A stretch of 64,000 nucleotides of DNA from NCBI GenBank assembly GCA_905178155.1, contig CAJINV010000005.1:1328438-1392437 (forward strand), read 5' to 3'. The translations under genes and the position numbers were made by a program. The notes beneath the pieces were generated by a model. It was not told the DNA's origin, did not search any database, and was given only the letters and a program-made list of their open reading frames with translations. This document shows positions 10,309 through 21,900 of the stretch, one piece after another. This DNA comes from Amoebophrya sp. A120 (taxonomy: Eukaryota; Protista; Dinoflagellata). The stretch's first letter is position 1. Each line of letters begins with the position of its first letter.

Positions 10309-13138
10309 TTAGTCCCGGTGCTGGTTCTTGTCCCAGATCGTGCTTGGATCCGGCTCCACACCAAACAACAGCGGCTTATGGCGTTCTCAACTGTTACATT
10401 CTCAACTGTTACATGAGTTTGTCATGCGAAACTACCATCATACATTATCCGCACGATGTAGCTGATTCGCATAAAAAATCTACGAACAAGGGCTAAACAG
10501 CACCGCAATCTGTGCGAAATTTGTAATGCTACGTGTGCAGCCTCCCCCTTTTGACTTTTGCGATAATTCTCGCATTACATATTCGTGTAACAATTGAGAA
10601 TGTAACGTTCGAGAATGCCATACGGTTCCTTGCCGTGCCTGTCCTGCGCGGTCAGGAGCGACACCCGCGAAGTGATGGTGACGCCGTCTGGGGAGGGGCG
10701 GGAACAGTACGTGGGGGACGTGGTCTGCATGCTGTCGAAGAGAGAGTACAGACCTCCTCCGCCCGCCAAAGTGCAAGAACTCGCGTCCGAGGTATCGTTA
10801 TGCATTGCAAAAGTATTTGTATTGTATCGCAGCAGCAGTGATTCTGATTGCATCACAAATTGTTCTTCCAGGAGGAAAGGTGGAATTTGTCATGCAGAAA
10901 ATAAATTAGGTTGCAGTATCGAAGCACGTGCCCATCTGCTATGCCATTGGTTACAATTATTACTATGTATTAGTACGAGTACGATACTTGTTTTGCAAGC
11001 ATGCGTAAAAATCGTTGAAGGACATCAACTTGATGTTGCTCCCGGCCACGATGTACTGGTTGTGAAAATCCAAGTCCATGCCAAACTATTGCAATGAAAA
11101 ATCCCCCCTCCCCATATCGAAAAGGCACGTCCCAGAAAATTTGTCATGCTGATTTGTGACCTCAAATCGTCTCTGTCTTGCAAGAACGCAACCGCACAGG
11201 CTCTGCCGCACTCTGTTGGCGGTTTGTGATGCTGTTGGCCCTACAGACTACACGTTTGCCATGCTCAGCGCCTAGCTCAAAACTTCCCAGTTCGGGCTTG
11301 ATATAAGCCTGCCGTCCTCTCCAGCAAGACAAATCTGATCTGTGTACGCAAATCCAGCATCACAAACTTCGTTTTGATATGGGGAGGGGGGATTTTTCCT
11401 TTTGATACAAACTCGGTGCTCAGCAAACTATCCCACGCCCGGTAGTAGAAGAGCACTCTGCCATATCACAGTGCACAACTCCCCCTCCCCCTCATTTGTA
11501 TTGCATGAACAGCAATACAAGCATCAGCAAAAATGCCGCCTTTGCATGACAGATTTACACTGGATTACAGTGCTATTTGGGATACCAGAACTTGTCATGC
11601 AAACAATGCCAAGAGGCCAAGGGTGGATTGGGTATTTTGCATGACAAATGAGGGGGAGGGGGAGTTGTGCACTGTCATATGCCATATCACAGTGCGCAAC
11701 AAGAACTTCCCTTCTCCCTGACTTCTTGTCCTCACATGGAAAAGAACTACCCCAAAAAATCTCTTTCACTGGCTGAGTTTGCATCACAAGTTCATCCTGG
11801 ACGATCATGGGACCCGAGACAGTCTTGTATCTGTACTACCACTTCTCTTGTCCAGGTGAAAATTTGCACTTTCCATGCCGAAACTGCAGCGTTGCTGTTT
11901 TCACTAGTGTTGCTGTGGATGGTACAACTCCTCTGTAAAAAAAAAGCGGGGGAAGATGAAGTAAAACTCGCTGCGCACTGTCATATGCCGGTCAACGGAC
12001 AATGAAACGGCGTCCCTTCCCAGTCGTTGCTGTACTGTTTATGGCGTTCTCAACTGTTACATTCTCAACTGTTACATGAGCTTGTGATGCAAGAATGACA
12101 AAACTGAAAGGGGGAAGATTGCGCCTTTTGCATGACAGATTTGGCACAGATTCTCACCCTGTTTGTCCCTTCGGGAATTTGTCATGCGAAGCAGCTTGGT
12201 CGCGTCAATTCTGATTGGAATTCTGCATGACAAATGATGTGACAGTTGAGAATGTAGCATCTGAGAACGCCATACTGTTTGGTCTCCATCCATTCGGTGA
12301 GCTCGTTCTTATATGCAGGAGGGAAACTGCAAATGCGCTAGTCTACGTCTGTGATGCGAATATAAAAACCTAGTACCAGAGGGTTGCGTCTGTCATGCTG
12401 GTGATGGATTATATGGCCCATTGCTGTTTAACAACAGCAACACCATAGTTTTCGCAAACTACATGCGCATGGCAAGTTTTCGCTGTCATGCCAGGCAGAT
12501 TTGTTATGCTGGTGTTCTTCGCTTAGAGACGTTACACTTAAGACGACGTTTTTTTTCAGTGGATATCTTGTTTTCCGGTAAGATAACTTCATTCGGTGTC
12601 GCCGAGCACAAACTTTTCACCGGTTTTCCCGCCACATACTTGCCCAACCCATGCAACGCGATCCACGCCGGGTGCGCCGCGAACACGTGGTGCGCGGGCA
12701 GGTCCCCCAGGCGGCAAGCGGACACGGTGCACAGGTACGGGTGGATCTGACGGGTGGCGGGGAGGAGGTGCTTCTGCACGAACTCGTCGTGCGCATTCAC
12801 CACCGCCCAATTGACGCGGCGGCGCCGTTTGGTGTCGTGCGCATGCTTCCAAAAGTGACCGGTGCGAGCAAAAGCGGCAGCGAACAAGGTATTCTCTGAA
12901 AATTAACCATTCCCAATCCCATGCATGCTGTCATGCAAAGCAACGGACGGAATACTAGATTCGGCTCCTGTACTGCAAAAATTGGCTTCGGATGGTGAAT
13001 TTTCAGGAAATACACGGCTTTCGACACCCGCGTGTGCTTCTCACGACTCTTTGGCTGTTGGTTTTTCGGGGTCTGAAAGGACTGCTCGTGGTCGCTCTCG
13101 CTTTGCGTGGTATTTGTCGAGCTGCCCGACAGCGACAT
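10309..13138 (-). CDS. Hypothetical protein (~290 aa) split by 8 introner insertions
   Basis: Removing each element plus one TSD gives one open frame: MSLSGSS...KAVFAAAF...PENKNELTEWMETKQYSNDWEGTPFHCPLTGRVLFYYRAWDSLLSTEFGMDLDFHNQY...GKEPLLFGVEPDPSTIWDKNQHRD*. No family recognised. Confidence 0.75.
10377..10622. mobile_element. Introner family E
   Basis: TIR tatggcgttctcaactgttacattctcaa / ttgagaatgtaacgttcgagaatgccata; TSD cggct/cggtt. Confidence 0.88.
10799..11010. mobile_element. Introner family B (reverse orientation, degenerate end)
   Basis: tatgcattgcaaaagtat...gtacgatacttgttttgca; TSD atcgt; frame restored (SFN|DTSD). Confidence 0.75.
11087..11407. mobile_element. Introner family F
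   Basis: TIR gaaaaatcccccctccccatatc / gatatggggaggggggatttttc; TAT/ATA ends; TSD caaac. Confidence 0.88.
11464..11679. mobile_element. Introner family C (left member of tandem pair)
   Basis: Family C TIRs; TSD tgcca on both sides. Confidence 0.9.
11685..11985. mobile_element. Introner with C-like ends (right member of tandem pair)
   Basis: tatcacagtgcgca / tgcgcactgtcata; TSD tgcca/tgccg. Confidence 0.85.
12040..12274. mobile_element. Introner family E
   Basis: Family E TIRs; TSD ctgtt. Confidence 0.88.
12312..12565. mobile_element. Degenerate introner
   Basis: TAT/ATA ends, weak TIR, TSD tctta/tcttg; frame restored (ENK|NELTE). Confidence 0.7.
12890..13012. mobile_element. Short introner (123 bp)
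   Basis: TIR tattctctgaaaattaacca / tggtgaattttcaggaaata; TSD caagg/cacgg; frame restored (KAV|FAAA). Confidence 0.8.
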
Positions 13139-13971
13139 CTTGCTTGAGATCTTGAACAGATGAGTTCAAGTTTCACCAAGAAGCACTCAACACGAATGCC
13201 AAAAAAATCTCTCAACACGACTGATTCCTCGTCGTGCTAGTGGTCGGTGGTGCTGACCTAGAAGAGACAATCAAGATTTGTTTGTGCGAAACAGTTTTTT
13301 TTCCTTGGTTTGTAGAAGTTTATTCGTTGTAGTTTGATGATGATGACGGTTGAAATCATTGACTGCTGGTGATCTGCTGAATTCCTCTTTCATTAAATGT
13401 GTCTCTTGTCGAGCTAGATGTTGTTTTTGCGACTAGAACAAAAAACATTTTTTCGCTTGTTGGAATCTTTATGAGTGAACCTGAACACCAACGGAGTGGG
13501 CTAGGATGCTCTTTCTATCACCGTCTCGACGTGCTGCGGCAAACCGAATTCACCCGGTCTCACACTTTTTTTTTTGTCTGGATTTCAGTGGACTTTTTGC
13601 CATTTTTACACTTGTTTTCCTAACGCCGAAACGCGGGGTGGATTGCTGTTGCTGACACAGAGCCACCTGGTCCTATTGAAGACACCTTCAGAGGTCTTGG
13701 CTGTTTCACATACAAGTTGGTTGGTTTCTTGAAGAAGTAGAAACTGCGTTCCTTCAAAGGGGAGCGAGTCCTATCCTGTTGCTTGTTAGATTTGAATAAG
13801 GTTGAATGTTGAGAAAATTGAATTTAGTTTGTTTATGTGTTTGAGCGGAACTGAGATGAGGACATGAGCTTTTCCTTTTACAAATTCTTCTCACGCTGCA
13901 GTGCCAGTGGCCTCGCTTCGGAGTGCAGCTATTTGAGGCCGCTGTAGACACCGCTCCTAGTGCAACAACCG

Positions 13972-16900
13972 TCAGTTAAACCGCTTGTTCAGTGTCGTGT
14001 TGTAGCTTTTTTTCAGCAGTCCCTTCGACACCTCGTACGCGCCGGGTCCCGGCGCCATGGCTTTCTTGTTCGGCCGCAGACTCTGGGACTGCGCGGGGAC
14101 GTGACCGAGCCGCGGTCTGGTCGCGTCCGCGATCTCCCCGAACACGTGGGGAGTGTACTCCCCAGGCCCGGGTTTTTCATCGTATTCCCCACCGGTCGCG
14201 CGGCTGGAGCTGCTGCCGAAGGAAAGATGGTCGGTTCTGGGGAGCCGGTACGGATTGCGGTAGTCCGTTTTGATCTTCGGATCGTACGCACCCGGCCCGG
14301 GGCCTTGAAAGCGCTTGTTCCGTCTTGTTTGGTTCTGTTGCGGTCCGGTGGGTGGTGCTCCGGGGTGGGCGTTTTGGGTCTGCTCCACCGCGAGCCGGGA
14401 TGCAGGGCGGTTGTTATCTGTTATTTTTTTCGATATAAAAGTAGAAAATGCAGCTTTTTCATTGTTTATCGTGGTTTCGCTTTCTCGACGACGTCGGGAA
14501 CATAGATTGCTTGCGTGTCTCTGTCTCACGTCGGTGTTGTAGTTTATCTGTGAGAAATCAGCTAGAGTATTTTCTTTGCAACGAGGCCCATCTCGTCACA
14601 TACTACCTGCCTCCGTCCCGCCCGCATGCGCTGGCTGCTGCGTGCTTGTTGCAGGCGGTTTTCTCGTTGGTCGCACTGGTTTCCTCTGCCGAAATTCGTC
14701 ATCGCCGTCGAAGCGAAGAGATGTGCTTTTGAACATGCTGCTTTCGCCACCGTAGAGCGAATCTTTCGGCGGCGAGCTGGACATAGACCTGGGGGATCAT
14801 AGGATACTAGTATTCCAGATGTACGACGACCAGCATGACAGTAGAATCTAGAAACAGTGAATAATTTGTTCCACGCACATAGCACGATCACAACTTCTGT
14901 ATCTGCCCGCCAAAAAAGATTTAAAGACATAGACATGCGTAAAGGTGCGCGTGCGCAACACATAACCATCATTCTGTACTCCATCTCTAGCAGGCTGCCA
15001 AAGCCGCCCTGCTCCGGTTTCTGCGGCGGAAATCTTTCCGCTCGGGAGCCGAACACACCGAGCTTCCCCACGGACGCTTTTTGCTCGACTTTCGCGGTGA
15101 TGCTGCCGTAGAGCTTGTTTATGTTTTCGTAGTAGGTGCCGGGTGGTGGTGCCAGCTCTACCGCGCGGTCTTTGTGACAGCTGCGCACGTCGCTGCTGCA
15201 GAAAGCCGAGAGAGGGACCCCTTCCTGTAGTGAGAGTGTGATGTGAGGACTTTTTTATGTTTCAAAAGCGATCAGTATGTATGAGTATGAGCGTAAGTAA
15301 TATTTCGAAGCTGGACTGCACAATCACGTTCTTTAATGGTTGGTATGATTCTTAGGTGTAACACAGCATATATCATAATTTTGAATACCATTTCCTGCAA
15401 CGCCATTATCACAGCCGGGTTGTGCACGCCAACGAATTTGCTTTTTTTCTTGGGTCCAGCACTTGCCTCTACGCGGTACGCCCCGGGGCCTGGAACTGCC
15501 TCTGCTTTATCAAATGTAAAAATGTCTGGGTCTGGAAGATTTCTAGATTTGTCATGCATATTTTCCATGAGCCATGATGTCTGTAATGCATGGTCTGGCA
15601 TCACATATTTTTAGAGGCCTTCCTGATGCCTATCCCGCATGACAAATGCCCTCCCCGCGTAGCACAAACTGGGCTCCTATTGCTGGTCATGCAAGACAAT
15701 CTTTTTAGAGTCCAAAGCTAGCATCACAAGTTCCAACCTTCCAGACCCAGACATTTTTACATTTGATATGCTTTCTTGTCCTGCAATCTTGCTACTTTAG
15801 ACCCAAAGTCGAAGCGGTCGATCACCCACTTGGGTTTCGGATTTATCGTGGCCTCGTGGTACCTGGGTACGATTATGGAAGCATTTATTTTCGTTACTTT
15901 TCCCGCTTTTTGGCATGGAAAAGGGCTCGGGGTAAGCACGGAGGCACGAAAAAAAAACATCCAATACTCCCCCGGTCCTGGGCCCGTTGCAGTCGTCGTC
16001 TTTTGATTTCTCTGATACGGCAGCAATGTTTTTGACTTGAACTGGAAGCTTTCGTGATCCACAGGCTCCTCTTTTATCGCTGGTATTTGGTTGTACTGCC
16101 CAGGGCCCGGGGTTTCTATCGAGCCGCCCCCGCCTGGGGTTGGACGAAGCACTTTCGAGGAATGGAAATCCGAGCCGCGTTTCGGTTTCGTTTTTGACTT
16201 GTCTGGGTGGAACTGGTCCCGTTCCAGCTCTTCCTGTTTTGGAATTGATGTTCAATTATTTTTGTACTTAAACTTATTTCTGTTGCATGCTAGTATGGGA
16301 AAAGGAAGTCGTCATACGAAAGTTGTCGTTCAGATGCAGAAGTCCCATCATCTCAAGCAATAGAAGGTCGTTGTTCATCACAGTTAAATTGTCAAGAACC
16401 TGCAGCTTCTCCCTAACGATTTCGTCTCTTTGCAGCAGTTGATCCGGCACGGAGGGTATGAGTTGCAAATATGTGGTCTGGGTCTTGTTCTGGAAACCGA
16501 AACTTGTGTTACTGAGTCCTGCATGATTAGCACCTTTCCTCATACAGCCAAGCATGACAAAATTTTGGGATACAAGTCGTCACTTTTGAAGACCACTGGC
16601 ACTAGAAGTCGTCACTTCATCTCAAGATCCAGACATCTATGCATTCCATAGACGGTGCGGTTTTACTCGACAGCACCAATCCCCCGGTCCGCTGCGGCTC
16701 CGGCTGCTTTGGCCTTTTACTCGACGAGCTGCTCGCGCCGATCTCATAGGTCCCCGGCCCCGGCGCATCTACCGCGGTTCCTAACCCGCCGAAATCCCCT
16801 AATCTCGGTGCGGAAGAGCGGAAGTCCGCGGACCCGGCGAGAATCTCCTTGTCCGTCGGCAATCCGACCGGAACGTCGTACGCACCCGGTCCCGGTGCGC

Positions 16901-17324
16901 CACCCTTCTATGACCCGGTCAGACGTTACAATCTCAAGCGTTACAATCGAATATGGAAATCTGTGACGCAAGAGGTGCATGATCTAACCAAGTCTCATAG
17001 GACTGCGCATGACAAGTTCCGGAGTCCCAAACCGCACTACAATCTGCCGAAATTTGTATTGCAAAAGGTGGAACGCTGTGCGAGTCTGTCATGCTCATTA
17101 TGCAACACAAATTCGAATTCCAGAATCTATTGTAACGTTTGAGATTGTAACATCTGAGCAAGCCATACCTTCTTCACCGAGTTTCTATCTGCCATGGAGA
17201 GAAACGGGGCGCCCGTTCCGGGGGCCGCGCCGAGGGGGGCGCGCACATCGTACGTCCCCGGGCCGACGTCGTGGGGCCCGCGCTCCGTCGGGAGACGCTC
17301 GGAACGGGTCAGCGTGAGCGCCAT
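13972..17324 (-). CDS. Sperm-tail PG-rich repeat (SHIPPO/STPG-like) flagellar protein, multi-exon
   Basis: Many PGPG(A/T/E/Q)Y repeats across exons (VGPGTYD, APGPGAYD, PGPGQYN, PGPGAYRV, PPPGTYY, PGPGAYDP, APGPGAYEV). Internal exon boundaries only partly resolved. Confidence 0.8.
15508..15768. mobile_element. Introner family A
   Basis: 31-bp TIR tatcaaatgtaaaaatgtctgggtctggaag; TSD tgctt. Confidence 0.92.
16457..16650. mobile_element. Degenerate family A-like introner
   Basis: TAT/ATA ends; gtctgggtcttg / caagatccagac; TSD gaggg/gacgg. Confidence 0.72.
16909..17167. mobile_element. Introner, E-related family
   Basis: TIR tcagacgttacaatctcaagcgttacaat / attgtaacgtttgagattgtaacatctga; TSD ccttc. 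Confidence 0.85.
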
Positions 17325-18977
17325 GGTGACTGGGAACGCGCGGTTGGAGGGTGGTTACAGTCCTTGACTACGCCGGGTTCGTGTGGCCGAGGCTATCAGC
17401 TTCGTGGTTGCTGGGAAATCGACTGAAGCTGAAGGGGCGAGCCTCGCTTTATTTTGCTGCACGTTCTTCAGAAGAACCACGCTGATGTGCCACGCAGTTA
17501 AAGAAGATCACTCGTGAGAGCCAAGGCTACTGCGTTCCATGTTGAAAGTTTCATGATCTTGTGCTGTGCTGTGCCGTCACGTTGTAGTGCTGCTTGCTGG
17601 TTGAGGTTGGAGTGGTGCTCTGAAAAAGGTTCGGTTTTTCTGTACGAGTGCAAAACGTACCTATGGGCCTTCACATCAACAAAAGGACAAAGAAAATTTA
17701 GTAAAAACAGAAGACGAAATCGATAAGAATCAAGGAACGACTTCACGACGATGAAATAAGCAGAAAACGATCATCGCTCTCTTTCCTCACATTCTCGCAA
17801 AGGTCATCGACGAGCCGAAAATTACTGACGTCGTGCCGTCGAGCGAAAAAAAAAACCTCAACGAGTTGCAGATGCGATGTGGTATCAAACTAGCGACGGA
17901 AGGATGTACAACCAATACTGATTTAATCAGTTATACGGTGGAAAGGAAATAAGACCATAACCACAAACACATCGAAAAACAGAAGAGGACCTGAAAGCAT
18001 CGACGATGACTCGGTTCGGTCGCACGAGCACAAGAGATTTTTTTGGGATTGTTCGAAGTAGTCCTACGTTGGATATTAAAATTGTACAGGTACAAAATCA
18101 TTTAGTTCAAGACGGAGCATGATACATTGTTTGGCAGAAAATATTTGTTCACATAATTTCCGGCATTTCATTGCTTTAGCTCATCTCGTTGCTACAGAAT
18201 CAGGAAGAGAACTACTGTTCGTTGTGTGCATTTTGACTAGAAACAGAAAAGGTGTATTAAAATCAGGTTTGCTTTTGTCATCACTGAAATCGAAGAGAAT
18301 GCAAGTTTGCTTCCACCGTCCCCGACAAGAATCAGGAAAACGGTTGACGAAACCATCGCGCGCTAGAATACGAATACCGCTACGTTGTTGGCATTATACA
18401 TCAATCCTGAACGTCGAAAAGGTAGCAAAAAATGGCAGTTCATCCTGCGCTACAAGACCAGGAAACTGCCATCCATGCTCAATAGTCTGTGGATCCTAAT
18501 TTTCATGATTTTTCTCTGTTCACCTGCACTGGACTCGTCCAGGCTGCCGGTAGAAGTACTATCGATGCGTGCTTTTCTGGTATGTACAAACAAAATGGAA
18601 GAGCTTTGCATGAGGTTAATTTCATCGGCATCGACATCGAGGCAGCAGGAGCTGCACAGCCACAGGCGAAAATAGGAGCTACTCTGCAAAATACATTTTC
18701 GGTAGCGGAAAACTGTGTTCGCATAGATTGATAAGTACTACTGCGTCTGTATCCGATTTCTCACGTCCTTTTGGAAGACGAATTTTCCTAGTGTATTGAG
18801 GTCATTATACCTGTGTGTCAGTTACTGTTACGTCTAGATGAGTCTTATTTGTGAGACGAGCAAGCTCGAGCTCTGTTTGTCTGTGGTCAAATACTGCTTC
18901 GTACTACTTGAAGCAACGTGTCAAAAGTTTTGAAAACTTCCGTACCCTGCTCGACCTCCAGCACTATTGTTCTCCCC

Positions 18978-21900
18978 CTACATCTATCCTGTGCAAAAGT
19001 ATCGCACTCGTAGTAACAGCAATTGCATTTATGCATTACAAATCTCTTTCGCTTTCCCAAGGTAAATCAGCACTACAAATTCAATTTGTAATGCTGGGCT
19101 AATTTGTAATGCATTTATACGATTACGATACTTTCGCAATTCATAACATCAGCTTCACCTCCCCGGCCTTCGAAGCGATGTCCATCAATTTCTGTTCCTC
19201 TTCCGGCGACTATAACAGTGCACAACTCCCCCTCCCCCTCATTTGTGTAGCATGAACGGCAATACAAGCATCAGCAAGAGTGCCGGTTTTGCATGACAAA
19301 TTTGCAGTGGAGCATGGTGCAGCTATGTGGGCTACCAGAACTTGTCATGCAAACAGTGCCAAGATGCAAAGGGTGGATTGGGTATTTTGCATCACAAATG
19401 AGGGGGAGGGGGAGTTGTGCACTGTCATAGCGACCGTCTCGGGTACTGCCGTAGCAGCATGTGCTGCATGTCGCTACTCCGCCTCCGCGCGGCCTCCCCC
19501 GCCCGCAGCATCACGTCCCCACCGGACACGCTGTAGTCCCGTCCCATGTTCACTTCCGGTTTGAACTTCGATCTCGTATCCAACGACGGTTTCAAACCCT
19601 CCCGCTTTATCCTCGCTTCTCTGTTCGCTTCGAGATCCAGCAAGAACCTCGCCTTCTCCGGGGAAGAAATATGCCGTTCCGGACTCGCCGCACCGTGGGT
19701 CTTGTCTGCGCGGAACCTGGCCGGCATGGTTTGCCGCAGCCAATCGACGTTCTGGGACTCTGGGAGGGTTCCCTTCTCCTTCGTGAGAAAGGATTCCCAC
19801 TTCCGGATCTTCAGCATCTCCCGGCTCGGGTCTTTACTCACCCGGGAAATCGGCTCCGCGATGGTTTCTTTCAGCTGCGCCAACCGCTGCTCCGCGGGCA
19901 TGTGGACAGAGGAGTCCTGTTTTTTCCTTCTCCTTTGTTCCTCCGGCTTCTTCGGCTTGAGGTGGTCCGGCGCAAATTCGTCGTAATCCGGGCGCCAGGA
20001 CAGAGATTTCGTGTCGGAGAAGGTGCGTCGCAGAACTTTCTCGGCCAGTTTCCCGGTGGTCTGCTGCGCCTGCTGGGCGGCGTGGGTCGTGGATTCTTGT
20101 CTCCCGTAAAGGCGTTCGAAGTTCCACTCGTTACTGGCTTTGGTCAGCCGGTCCGGGAACGGGATTTCGGACAGTTTGATCTGCTTCCGGCTTTTCTTGC
20201 CGGGGCCACCTGATAGAAAAGAATTGCCGAATGAAGTTGATGAAGCGGAAAAAGTCGTGAGGCGGACAAGTTGCATATGCAAGAATAGATTGGCAGATGG
20301 CTTGTGCTTGGTCATGCATCTATCTTGCCGTCTGAAGAACAAGATCGAGAATGGATATCATCATCATGAAATTGAATCTTCGCAGCAAAAATAAAAACAA
20401 AATACCAGTCACGCTCCCTCTCTTCGGTTTCAGCACACTCGCCTCTTTGACTTGCGCTACTCCCGGGTCGACCTTCTTCATTGGTTTCCAGTTCGCCACC
20501 CACGGTTTCTCCGTCGTTTGCGTTAATTCCTTGAAGATCGTCAGTGGTCGGAGCGAGTCCGGTTCTGGCGCGGCTTTCACCTGCGATACTGTGTAGGATT
20601 TCACTTCGACCAAGCTGATTCCCTTCGACTTTTCCTGCAACAACTCCGCTTCTCTTCGCTTGTGCTCGTTCTGCAGGTCCTGTTCCGCCCGGAGTTTTCC
20701 GTAGTACCGGTCGTACAGGTGAATCGACGTTTGCATGTACAAAGAGTTCTCCTGCGTCTCCAGCGCTTTGGTTCCGTGGAGCTTGTGCATCACCCGGAAC
20801 CCCTGGTAGGCGAAGAGCAGGGATTGTCGCAAAACTCGTGGCAGGTACCAGGTCAGAGTTTTCGAGGTTGTCTCCGGCCCGAGAGTTAGGGACACCCAGG
20901 GCTTTTTGTAGAACACCGTGTCGGAGAGAATCAGCTTCTGTCTGTCCTCCAGCGACTTCTGGACGAATTTGTGGTCCACCCCGATCTATCAAATGTAAAA
21001 ATGTCTGGGTCTGGAAGATTCTGACACTTGTCATGCAGGTTTTGCATGAGCACTGATGTCTGTGATGCATGCCCTAGCATCACAGATTTTTTGAGAGCTT
21101 CTTGATGCCTATACCGCATGACAAATACCCTCTCCGCGTAGCAAAAATTATATTCCCTTTGGTACTCTTCATGCAATACAGATTGTTTTGGAATCCAAAT
21201 GCAGCATCACAAGTTGCATTCTTCCAGACCCAGACATTTTTACATTTGATACGTTCAACTCATCTTCCCTATCCCTCCCGTCCGATCCGAAAAAGGTATC
21301 TAGCGGCCAGATCTTCACGTCACCAGCTTCACCGCAGCTAATCAACGCGTGCACGCCTGGAACTATTCTCAGGGAGGAAATCTTCCCGCTGTCGTGCGCC
21401 TTCCAGGTGCAGATTGTTTCCCTATGAATCACCAACACCTTTCCGCCGAACACGTGCGTGGTTGTCGGCGTGGCGTGCGCGATGTCCGGCGTCATCGTTT
21501 CTGGGGTCGTCCCCGCAGGTACATTCGAGGCGGACGCGTAGAGCCTCCTTGGAGTTACCCTTTCCGGGCGGATTTTCACGAGCGAAATCTCGCCCTTCTC
21601 GTTCCCCAAAGCGATGATGCAGGACTGGTCTTTCGACTCCGTGTAGGGCTGCGGCTGTTTGAACAAATCCTTCGCGCGCTCCTTGTACTTCACGCGCCGT
21701 TCGTAGAGGTCTCTTGGATCTTTCACGCGCTTTTTTGTGACTTTCGGAATTCCGGAACTGCCGGACGGACTAGCCGGGGAAGACTCACCGCCATGGTCCG
21801 GCGACGGCGCAGCTGCTGCTGCTGAATCTTGTTGTGCCACTGCCGCTACGGCTGCATTTGATGATGGTTTCGCTTCCGGTTCGTCGTCTGTGTGGTGGGT

